Positions 37,001-48,700 of a stretch of DNA of 64,000 bases are shown here, piece by piece. Within the stretch, counting starts at the first letter, position 1; each line of letters opens with the position of its first letter. Both the position numbers and the translations under genes were made by a program. Below the pieces are notes generated by a model that saw only the letters and a program-made list of their open reading frames with translations, was not told the origin of the DNA and searched no databases. The DNA lies in assembly GCA_037447605.1 (NCBI GenBank), contig CM074804.1:5123909-5187908 (forward strand), given 5' to 3'. The stretch comes from Zygnema circumcarinatum SAG 698-1b. Lineage: Eukaryota > Plantae > Zygnematophyceae.

Positions 37001-38726
37001 TACGACCCGGCGTAGCGGCCTCCCTCCGTACCCCCACGCCGCCAGCGACTCCTCATTGGTCGTTCCTAATTCCGCCACTTTTGCCGCCCAGCATTCGCTG
37101 TAGGCGCGGCTTTTCGACTTCGGCTTTGTCTTCTCCCTCCTCCACCTCGATCCGCCCGATACTCCCGTTTCGAGATATGCAGCGGAAACTTCTCCGAGGC
37201 GACGCCCGGCTCTGGCCCAGCGGTCCACCGTCCGTGTCACTGGCAGTCCACTTCCCGCGCCGCTGTCTCTTCTTCCTTGTCGCGATGCGGCTATTTTCCC
37301 AGGGCATGTGCTACAGTGTAAGCGTATAGCGAAGCCCGGCGTTCAACGGATTTCGCGTCTGTTGATTATGCGGCGTATCTCGTCTTCGATGTCAGCGGAT
37401 CAAGCGGAATGAAGGCGCCAGCGGAGGGTGAAGGCGAAGCCGCTCTGCGTTGTAGCCCGCGAACGACACCATCCGGCCAAGGCACACTTTCGGAGCGCCC
37501 GCCAAGATGCGCCCGATTATCATCGGTTGACCTATCCGAAGGCTCAGCGTAGTCGGTCCGGGGCTTTTCGGTGGAAGCGATTAGATTGTCGGGGAAGCAT
37601 CACTTGCTAGGACTCAATATCTATTGTCAGTGTTAAGTAGATGGGATGTCAGTGATGCTGTTTTTGTCTTTTAGTGCTGGGCTTAGTATTTGTATTTGCT
37701 GTGTGGTTTGTTGTCTTGTTCTTCTTTCTTCTTTTTTCCTTGCTCTTCAGTTACAGCAACAGAGAGAGAGATGCTAAGTAAGAGTAAGAGAGAGAGAGAG
37801 AGTTCCATGCCATAGATAGAGAGAGAGAGAGAGAGAGAAAGAGTCTTCTTGCTGATCGCATTTAGACGTCCCATTCAGCCCAGCTAGACAAAGATTTCAG
37901 TGAGAAGACAATTTCATTGTAATGACATTCCCCAGCCAACCGCTGGCTGGGGTGAGTTTCCAAAATGCAACCTTTATCTAAGTTGAGCACTGTTTTCCCT
38001 TTGCTGTCACTATGCAAAGCTGCCATCTTGTCCTAATCTGCCCTACGCTTATTCCAATGACCGATGATAACTAGAAGCCTAGCTAAGAGACTGGCCAAGG
38101 AGAGGATAGGGGAAGAAAGCCCCCAAGGAAGGGCTCTTCGCGCATCGAGTCCAGCCGCCGGTGGGAACATCTTCAGGATCCCTACGTCTTCCGCTGCGCG
38201 TACCTCTGAATCCCCCGGATCCTGGCTCTATGCTGCAGGCAGACCCACAGAGCCAACCCAACCCTTCATTAGTTTCAGCACGGACGCGCGTGTGGCCGTA
38301 CAGCACCTGCAGCTAGCTCAGCAGTCTTTGTTTAACCCCACTTATCTTGTGCTACACCCGCCCCCCTCCACGCGACGAGCCGGACCGGGCCGGAGAGCCA
38401 AATCGGTCGGCCAAATCTTCAATCGGGCCGGCCCGGCCCGGGCCCCGCCCGGCATGCCTCCACGTGGCGACCTCCCATAGGAGGTAATTGCATATGTCCT
38501 GCCACGTGGCGATCACGAACAGGCTGTTCCATGCCGCACGGAGCCGCGATTAGGGTTCGACGGGGCCGGGCCGGGGGCGGGGCCGGCGGGCGGGCGGGCG
38601 GGCGGGCGGGATCCTGTCCTGTGACTCCTGTCCTCGCCATCAGCGGCCTCTTGCAGCACCTCCCTCCCTCCCCCCCTCCCTACCGGAGAAAGAGAGGAAC
38701 GGGACGCCTCGGCGGAGCAGGGGGGC

Positions 38727-41700
38727 ATGGACGTGCTCAGGGTCCCTCTGGTCGCGCGCGCCGGCCCTCTCTCCCGCCCATTGGCGCCTCCGCGCCTCTG
38801 CTTCGGCCGCTCGACATCGTTGGCATGCCGCCACGTCAGCAAACAAGGGAGTGCGCTTCCAGGCGTACTGTACGCTTCAGCGAAAAAGTCGGTGAGCGAC
38901 GTGGAGGTGGAGGAGAGGGTGGCGGAAAAGGAAGACATTCGTAAGGCAGCAGAGGAGATTTTGGCGGCTGCCACAGCAGCAGTTGAGGCTGCAAGGGGTG
39001 GCGCAGAGCAGCGGGTGGGATTCAGTCCTTTACAAGAATGGCATTGAAGAAGAAATTCAATGCTGAGTGAATGCTGGAAGGGGTTTATTGCTGTGCAAGA
39101 AGGGAAGCTGAGGTGGTACAAAGTTGTTGCAATGCAAGTGTTGTCTAGGACTGGCATTGTCGAAGAGAAACATCTTGAAGGTTTTAATCTGCAGATAATC
39201 GAGCTGGAAAAGGCGAAGAGTCGCCTGGAATTGCGAGTGGTCGAGCTTGAAGCTGCCTTGTATGAATCCCAGCAGCGCGCTGCCAAAAAGGAGGAAAAAT
39301 CTATTTCGTTGCCAGGAAATGTAGTTGTGAAAGGACCTTTGAAGGTGCGGACACTCTTTACATTTTTTTGACTAATGATTATAAGTCCTTGTCTAGTTAC
39401 CTCTCGCAAAATATATTGATGCAGAAAATTACGCTCGTACACTTTGGGAAACGTCGCTTCTTATTTAGTTTGATCACAGATCATCCATCAGTATTTGTGT
39501 GGAACGGAGATGGGTTTGTCGTGCTGGCGGTTGGCCTGAGCTTCCCCCGTGACTTTAGCTGAAGCTGAGAAAGTCCGTAATCGTCTAGCGATTTTTTTCA
39601 TGAGATAATCAGGATCAACAACTAGCTGCATTTTTTAAATGATGTCTGTTTGCACGCAAACTGTCCTGTTTTGGCGAGCACAGCTGACATGCAAATGCAC
39701 AAGGAGTGTCGGAGAAATGAAAGAAGCCCACGCGTTAAAGATTTGTGCTTGCGAGGTTAACTAGCAAGGCATATTTATGAACAAAATCGTAAGCAGGCTC
39801 CGAATAGTTCTGCAGGATATGTAGTGGATGTTGCCGGGAAATTGATACTAGGAAAAAGGGCCATATTGGTCCTTCATTAAAATCTAATAAAACCCGCATG
39901 TGGTTAGCTGCATTTGCTTGCCGGGACATTGATTGCTCACCTTTAACTTCAACTAGGATAGAAACATTGCTTCTTCTAACAGTTCCATGGGACTTCTGAC
40001 GCAGTTGGTGGAACCACCTGACCCCTCACGCGCTCTGCCCTCCTGGGCGGACATCCAGTGGCCCTCGCCAACCGGCGAGTTACCGTTTTGGGTTCGGCTG
40101 CCTCTGTACGGATCCTCCATAGCCTCGAGGGCCGGAACAAAGCCGGCCGAGAAGGATGCAGACGTCCTCCACATCGTCCACGTCACGGCAGAGCTGGCAC
40201 CCATAGCCAAAGTTGGGGGCCTCGGAGATGTGGTGGCAGGTATGCTGCGTCTCACCTATGTTCGTCTGAATGCTTGATTCTCTGTTCTGAACAATCCCTC
40301 GAACGAGATTGATTGCATGTAAGTCTCCAGCTGCTAAGAGAGAAGTTGTTGGCGTGCAGGTCTGTCAAGAGCGTGTTTGGCTCGCGGCCACAATGTGCAG
40401 GTCATGCTGCCCTTCTACGACTGCATGGACACGGACGCCATTGACGACCTCAGCCTGCAGCGCACCTTTGGGTCGTATTTCTCAGGGGACTGGATTGGTG
40501 TGCAGGTGCCCACCTCATAGTCTCTAGTACGTTCAAAGTTCACACAAAAAAAAATGGAAAAGCTCGACTAAGGCAATTCAGTCGAAATTATATCTGATTG
40601 TAAAAAGCTGCATTGAAACGGACTTGTGTTAGCCTATAATTAAGTTCAGTGCTCCAGTCCTATCGAGGATTAGTGAAGCTACAAACCTGGATTACAGGCT
40701 GACATAAAGGAACTGCCCTGAAAGCCCAATAAATGACATATCGCCGATAAAATAACCCTAAAGGAAGAGTTTTGCCCGGGGTCCTCTTATGCCTTAGTAG
40801 TATTCATCTTTAACTGCTTTCACCACTCCTCCATTTTTCTCTTCTCAACCAATTATTGATTATTAGAACCCGGCATATTTACTGATGTATTAGCAAAAAC
40901 GGGGTCTCAAAATATCCCGGAATCGTTAGTCTGTACGACAATCTTGATAAGCATTACCGTGGATCTCCCTTGGGCTGATTTTGGATCAACCGTTCAAAGT
41001 CGATGTGGAAATTTCTGGAGGATATGCGAAGCACCAAACTAACCTGTCGGATGCTGCGCGGCATTGTGGGGATGCAGGCCCATGAAGGCAAAATTGATGG
41101 CATTCCAGTGCTTCTCCTGCGACCAGATAACCATTTTTTCCGAGGACCGCGAATCTATGGGGGATCGTACAGCGAGCTCGATGCGTACTTGTTCTTTGCT
41201 CGCGCCTGCTTGGAGTACTTGCAGGTGAGACCATCCCATGGCCCCTCCTCCACTGCCTTCCTGCTTTGCTCTTCATGGTCTGCCCGTTTGGCCCGTGGAC
41301 TATCGAAAAGACAAACACAAAGTCCACAGAAAGCCAAAATACGTACCTTTGTTCACCCCCCCCACCACTCCACCCTTTGCACGCCTTTTTTACATTCTTC
41401 TTTATGGAAATTTTCAGGTCACAGGAACGCAGCCGCACATCATCCATGCACATGAGTGGCACACGGCGGCCGTTGGGATGCTCTACTGGGACATGTATCA
41501 CCAGTTATCTCTCAAGCGTCCTCGTCTTGCGCTCACAATCCACAACATGGAGCACCACGGAGAGTGCAGGTGAAGGAAATCTACTTCTCTCCTATTAAAT
41601 TTCGGCTTAACTGTGACAAAAATCTGTGCTGCTCATGGTCGACTCAAGCTGGGCCACAGTCAGAGCGTCTTCCTTAGAAATTCAGGGAGGACTGGGCCAT

Positions 41701-44700
41701 GCAGATGGGAGAACCTCGACAAATGTGGTCTTAATGGGCAGTCCTACCTTAGTCTGGATAAGGTGAGTGATAGATTTCTCGCAGAATAGGGGAGAGTACG
41801 CGTGGGTGGATGCACGGTCTGAGTGTGTACCCCATTGAAGGCAATCCAGATTGTCATTCAGGAAGGTAATTTTTCTTTCCTTTCCTTAGAATTGGACCAA
41901 AAGGAGAGAGGAAGGGGGGGGGGGGAGGGGCGAACGGGTGTAGGCAATGGATGACCGTACAATTGGACATAATCCAGAGCGACTCAGCTTGCTCAAGGGC
42001 GGAATTGTTTACAGTAATGTTGTGACGTGAGTGCAGCTATGCCCTTGCTTTGGACTGCTCTCCTCTCAGCTCGCATGTGGTGCAAGGAAGGGATTTTCTG
42101 GACTCGTTTGATAGCGGCTTGCAGGATGATGACATTAACATTGAATCTGATGATTCGACGAAGCTCTCTAGCAGCTGCCTTAGTTGCAGTCTCACTACTA
42201 GTTATGTTCCTTGGTCTGGCAAATCTGACGGTACCTTCAAGAGTAGGATAAGGGTGAAGATGATTTATCTAAAAGCGACAAGGTCGCACTTTTCTCATCA
42301 TTTAAGTGATGCATAATTCTGCTGCACAAGAAGTGCGCACAAAGCATCCTTGTTGGGCGCAGCGGAATCCGAGAGCAGTTTCATTTTGACGTTGTACAAC
42401 ATGCAGTGGGTCATGCAGTGTATGAACGTCTTTCTGTCCAGCATGAGCAAGTACTGTCATGCAGAATACATGTTAGTAGAGTCCGTGCAATTTTGTGCTG
42501 TAGAAGTCCTTCCCTCTCTCGCTCTCGCTCTCATGCTCTCCTTTCAAGCCTCAGCAAGACCTCTTTCTATTGTGCCGCAGGACTGTGAGCCCGACATATG
42601 TGCAGGTCCTTGCTCCGCTTATCCAACGCATTTCTGAGAAAGCCAACTTCAAACCTTCCTCGTCTCTTCTTGTGCACTGCACCTGCCACCTTTCCTCTCC
42701 CATTCTGTGTATGCAACTGCGTCTCTTCTCCTAGTAGGCCTCACAGGGTCCATTGATGATGTGCTTATTGCAGGAGACTCTTTGCAGTGGCTGGCTAGCC
42801 TCTACCCTCCACAACCACCGCCAAAAGTGAGTGCACCATTTTAAGGAAGACCTTTCAAATACAGATGGAACATGTGGTTTTTCTAGGCTGTTTGCTTTCT
42901 TGGTTAACGGATGCAGCCACTAAGGTTGTGGGCGTGAGCCGCCAGTGTGCCATGTGCCCAATGTTGCTGTGACATATTTGCTTGTTTAGCTAATGGGATT
43001 AGCTGCACTCATTTGTTTATGGGCCCTTTCCTCTCCGTCTGCCAGATATGCAGGGGTCCTTAACGGGATTGATACGGAGATTTGGGACCCAGCAACCGAT
43101 CCACATCTCCCAGCGCCATTTTCAGGTATTTTGGAAGCTTTGAAAACAGAGGTCTTGTGCTAGACAGGGTTCTCGACATATTGACTAAAGTACTCACATG
43201 CAAAGCTTAGATGAGAAAGGGGACAGAATGAGGACAGTAACTAACTGCAATGTTTATTCTGAGGTTTAAGGTATGGTTGAACTTATCCTCTTCTTGGCCA
43301 ATGTAACCATACATAGCTCAATGGTCCATTCGTACCATTCCATCCATTCGTAAACCTATGCACTGGAAAACCTTGCCTTCAACCACCTGTCTATTCCTTG
43401 CCGCCTCCTCTCTTCTTGACTTCTCTATCTGTCTCTCCTTCTTTCGTTATAACACTGTATTTTGGAAATGATGGATTCAGGTGACGACTTGCGTGGTAAA
43501 GCAATGTGCAAACATTTCATACAGCGCGGCTTCGGGTTAGACTTGGAGATAGGAGAAGATGGGGAGAACACTGGGAAGCGTATTCCATTGGTGGTCTGCA
43601 TAACGCGGTTGGTGGCACAGAAGGGCATTCATCTCATACGGCATGGCCTCCTCCGCACCTTGGAACAGGCAAGAGAGACCGATGGAGGGGTGGGGGGGGA
43701 GAGTGGGCAGCATAGTGCAGTCCCATGTCTTGTTTTGCAATCGGTTAAGGTCGTTTGGCAGCCAAGTTGGGGGGAAAGTGTGGGGAGGGAGTGGGGAGGC
43801 TGTCTTTGAGCTTCCATGCATTTTCACCGGCCTCACTGAAAGAAATCGTCGGTGGAAAGTTGGATTGCAGGGAGGGCAATTTATCTTGCTTGGTAGTGCT
43901 CCCGATGGGCGTATTCAAGGAGAGTTCGAAGCGCTTGCGCAGCAGGTGGGATGCTCTTGCTGCTGCTTCATAAATTTTGCTTGATAGACCACAAGAGTTT
44001 GTGGAAGCCCAGGCAAGCAGCAGGATCACAGAAATTGATAGCCCTGGTTATGCTCCTCAAACTCGCCACTGTTTCAAAATGACCGGATGTACTTTTCCAT
44101 AGGCCGGTCACGTTGTTTACACTCATCCGAGCAATAGCTGGATTTTGGAGTGGACGCCATTATGCAAAAGCCCGTTCCATACATGTAACGCATTGCTTTT
44201 CACATCACTTTCCCTCTTATAAGAAGAAGCAAGGTGGGAGTACTGAAGTTTCAAGGTCAATACATTAACTATTCTGATTGTCTTTGTTTCTTGCAGTTCT
44301 CGAGTAGCAACAACGCACGGTTGGTGCTCACATACAGGTAGATGCCCTTTTTTCCATGTCAAGGTATGAATGTTCTTTGCAGCAGGACTATCGCCTGTAG
44401 GATGAGGCAAGTTGCTGGTTCTGAGAGGTTTCTCACTAACACTGACTCTGACACCGACTCTGTATGGGAATGGGGAAATGGTGTGATGCAGTGAACCGCT
44501 TTCCCATCTCCTTTATGCTGCGAGTGACATGGTATTGGTGCCCTCAATGTTCGAACCCTGCGGCCTAACACAGATGATCGGCATGCGCTATGGCTCGGTC
44601 AGCTTCTGCTCTCCTCTCAGTTTCACCTGCTGCAAGTGCTGGTTCCCATTTGATTTGCCGCTTTGCTTTTTTTCTCAATATCAGTTGATCGATGGCTGAT

Positions 44701-45507
44701 GGTGGCCTAGCCTACGGATTTGAACAAGTCAGCTGCATGTTCCGCTGGCATGGCACTAAAAGCACAAAAAGTGATAGCAGTAACCGCAGCATTACTAGTA
44801 GTGGTATCTTCTTTTTATCATTGAATTCAACAGAGAAAGAAATCTGTGAAATTGCAGGTTCCGGTGGTTCGCAAAACAGGTGGCCTTGCAGACACAGTTT
44901 TTGATGTGGATAATCCGGCAGCTCAGGGCGGGGGGAACGGGTGAGCTTTTACTGTTATTGAAACTTGTCAGGGGCGACCGTTGTATGGAGTGGTGGGGTA
45001 ATTAGAGCTCAGCCACTACAGGTTGTAGTTTTTGTTGAAGAGAGAGCGAGACGAAAGGGACGATGGAGATGGCGGATTAAAGACGCAAGGACCTGCAGGA
45101 AGGAGAGAGTAGGGATAAGAGGGGAAAATCAGAGGAATAAAGAAAGGGGCGAAGGGAGAGAAGACGTATAAAAGAAGGCAGGTAAGTCCTAACCAGGGCG
45201 TTAGAGGCGTTTTTGGCAGATTTGTGTTTGACGGCATTGACGAACGGAGTCTGGACTCAGCCCTCGACCGCGGCCTCCAGTACTACAAGGAGAGTGAGCC
45301 CTCTCATCCCTGCCCTGTTGTTGCTGCGAATATGGAGAGGGAGAAGTTCCTTGCTTAGGCGTGCTTGCTCTCATGGCTGGGCATGCTGTGCTGGCAGAGC
45401 CGGAGTGGTGGACGGACCTGGCCACCAAAGTGGTCCAGACAGACAACAGCTGGGACAGGTCTGCCAGGCAGTACCTCGACCTGTACAGATCGATCAGGGT
45501 TTATTAG
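38727..45507 (+). CDS. Soluble starch synthase, SS4-related (SS6/SSVI-like), with transit peptide and coiled-coil N-terminus; many exons
   Basis: Transit-peptide-like start [13 protein letters not shown]. Coiled coil ([24 protein letters not shown]). GT5: [99 protein letters not shown]1: [56 protein letters not shown]. Stop TAG 45505-45507. Exon 1-2 junction uncertain. Confidence 0.92.
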
Positions 45508-45799
45508 CGGAGACTGCCGGTCGCTTCTCGTGGGCCTGACAGTTTGTCAAGGTTGAAGCCTCTCACAGTATATGTAGGGAGATTGGTATATCGAAGTTGG
45601 AAGTAGCCTCATTCTTTTTCTTTCTTTCCTTTGGTAAGTCATATATGAGCACAAGCAAAGCTTTTGCTTTATTTAATACGAGCCTGAGTGGTTACAGTAC
45701 CGTCAAAGAGACTGTGGCTTGCACTGTGTAGTAGTTTCTAATGGAAACTAATTTTTTTTTTTTTTGTCAAAGTCGCACTGTGCACGGAGGAAAGGATTT

Positions 45800-48700
45800 C
45801 TCCAGCAGATGATCAGACTATCCAATGCAAGAGCCGCAGGAGGAAGCAAAACATGGCCCAGTGTACGACCATGCCAGCCGTGTGTTTGCACCCTACCCAC
45901 ACGGCACTCATCCCCACTGCAACATCTTCCACATCTCGCAGTGCACAGAGACGGAAAGCATAAAACACTGTTTCACTAGCTGCCGCGGACATACAGTATT
46001 TTGTAACTGGAACCTAGCCAGCAGCCCCACGGCTGGCGGATGCCAGCGCCAACCCTTCCCCACTGTGCAGCCATGGCAGGCCCACCACCTGCGTCATCAG
46101 CGCCACGTGCCCATTATTGTCAGCATACACTGCCATGCAACACTCCTGATCTGCACATCATCGACCTACGGTGCACATGTTTCAGGCCATGCTGCCTTGC
46201 TCCAGCTCCTCACCCCCAGTCCCGGCAGACAGGCATGGCCGGCCTACTCTCCATCTATTCCTCAGTTGCTCGCTCGGCATTTTCCTGCTCACCTGCCGTG
46301 GGCCAGCAGGCGCTGGTCATTGGCGTCCCAAAACTTCCAGCACTGCTTAGAAGACGGCCCGAGGAGACGTTCCAAATGCGCACACGACAATCCTCACCTC
46401 CTGCGACAAACCCACCGTTTCAAGGAACAAGCTGAAATTATTCCCAAGAGATTGAGGAGGCATAAGAATGCCCCACAAATGGACAAGTAATGTCCTTGCT
46501 CTTGTTGCAAGCAGACCCACAAATATGCAAGGACAGCAAGGAAACAGAAGGCAGCAGCAGAACAGCGTGTATGGTACCTGACAGAAGCAAAGTCTCCGAG
46601 GGATCTACAGCCAAAGGGAAGCTGGTAATACTGTTCACATGCCCCTCATACGTCAGCACAGCATCGCGAGACATGCGACGATCCCACCTCTTAAGCTGCA
46701 TACCAGCGAAAGCAGAAACATTTTCATCAGGTGCAAAGGGCTGCTTGCGTATGGACCTGATCATAGTGTTCGCTAAATCTTGCATAAAAATTGTCCAAAA
46801 AACAGAATACAGTCCCTTTCCTGATTCAATAGCTATTTTGCAGTACAGACGATAGCAGGGTCTCGAAAAAATGATTTGCTCAATCTCTGGTAGTCTAACT
46901 CACCGTTCCATCCATGGCGCTGGCCAGAAGGTAGTGTTCATCGGAACGGAGCAGCCGCATGCTGCGCTGAATCAACCCAAATGCCTCCTCAGTGAACTTC
47001 AAGCAATGTAATTAGTCTCATTCTCAGTAGCAAATTTTCCAGCTCCACATTCCCTTACAACTCACTGCCCCCAACCCCCCACCTCGGCCACAGAAAGGAT
47101 AAGGTATTTCAAATTCTTGCCTGCAGACACTGGAAGGCATTTGCAGCACGGGGCTGTGGCTGCAATACATGGAACTCACTCGCTGCTCAGACTGCAAGCC
47201 CACTGACAAACCACCATCCTGTGAGACAGTGAAAGAGACATCAGCAAAGCGACTTGTAAGCAGGCACTAGTGATCCAAAACTCCTACAAGATAGGCAAAG
47301 AGACTCTGGGCCCATCTTAAAAAGAGGTATAGGGGATTCTCTAGTAACAATAAAAGAAGCTATAGAGAAGAAGAAGAAAATAGAGAGCATACCTACAGAG
47401 GGCATACCTGCTGACGAAGCTTCATACGTGGTCTCTCCAGACGACGGTCCTTCTTCACGAAATGATGCCGCATCCCACGAGCAGTCAATCGTTCTGCAGA
47501 CGGAAAGGGTGCAAGGACGCTGCTGCTATGGTAGCTGGTAGAGCGGACGGGCGGAGGCGGAGGAAGGCGGGTGTCAATTGTGGAAATTGCACCATTTCGA
47601 AACCCACAGAAAACGAGCGTACCCTGAAAACAGCAGAGATGGACGTGAGTATCCAATCAAAAGTCCAACCTTCTACGTAGCTGTCAATTCACAATTTTCT
47701 CAGCAATTGATCCAGCCTGCTCTCTCTTCCCATGCTAACCGCCTATAAAATTTCCAATGACAGTAACCTCACCGTGCTCTACCTTTACCAACTCCATCAA
47801 CTTCGGGGATCTGTATAAAAATCTCACCGTCGAGTCAAACTGTTGGGACAAGACATCACTGCGGCTTCGACACAAAGTCCGAATGCTGTTTCGTTCAAGC
47901 TCCAACAGAGAAGCACCCGATGAAGTTCCTGCCCGTCCATAACCGTCCCAGTAGCAGATCGTCATGTACCTTGAGCCTTCTGAAGAACCTTTCATTTTAA
48001 GAAACATAGGGCCCGCTACAATCATCTCTTGTTCTAGTGGAGTTTTTAACATTTGGCAAAACCTGCTTTTGCAGGCACAACCTCCCCACTTCTCCGACCA
48101 TTGTGGGCCCATGTTTCTCACCTAGACTCATATAGTGCCCTTTTGGGCTGCATTCAGCAGTCCATATCGTCCAGCCATTCATAGTGTGTGTGGCTGTGAG
48201 CTGCCAAGGCATGCTCTCCCGCGGGCCTGTCACTGCCCTTCGGTGAAGTTCAAGAACAAATACAGTTCCTCCACTGCCTTCCGCTCCCATAGTTGTCACA
48301 CTGACGGACAGAGGAACAGTTAAGGGCTCTAACTCCATACCAGAGATAAACATGAAGTTCATATTTCATCCTACCTCGAGCAGACACAGGCAGCACACGC
48401 AAGTAATAGATCGATTTCCTCAAGCTGCAAAGGATACGCCACACGCTCTGCTGGCAGAAGGGCCTCCTCTGAAGGGTCCCCACCATTCGGGAGCCGTTGA
48501 ATGGTTCTGATTGAGGAATGAAGGATCATTTGATCAGGAGATTCCCATAGTGTAGGTGCTTTTCCGTAACTCTCGCTTGGTGCAAATTTATCCAACACAT
48601 TAACGCCCATGAGCCCCTCTGGCCACCCACCCTGCTGCGTGCTGTCATCTCCCCATCTTTCTGAGCGGCCGCTTTCTGAGCAAGTTGCATCGACTTCCGT

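Larger units (their letters stand above)
24572..38356 (+). mobile_element. Ty3/gypsy LTR retrotransposon array (LTR-internal-LTR-internal-LTR)
   Basis: Three near-identical LTR copies: 24572-25579, 31319-32073 (5' part lost in a gap), 37317-38347. tRNA-iMet-type PBS TGGTATCAGAGC at 25580 and 32074. Domain order gag, protease (AMIDTGA), RT (YVDD about 29573; KKCKWG...LKSFLGLTSFYRRFI), RNase H (FASKVCSETETKYSPTEGE...RTDH), integrase (YYWPG...C..CQ, IDTF, VDRYTKWVE, SDNGTEY), GPF motif (WLGPF about 36850). Outer termini TGTAGC...GCTACA, flanked by CCCG. Confidence 0.93.

Noticed and set aside
36186-37329. Long ORFs at the gypsy 3' end as an env-like or tyrosine-recombinase gene
   Set aside because: Error-rich sequence; only a GPF-type integrase motif is recognisable, and no R-H-R-Y pattern could be supported. 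Needs rechecking on accurate sequence.
38513-39442. 309-aa minus-strand ORF
   Set aside because: Antisense shadow of starch synthase exons 1-2.
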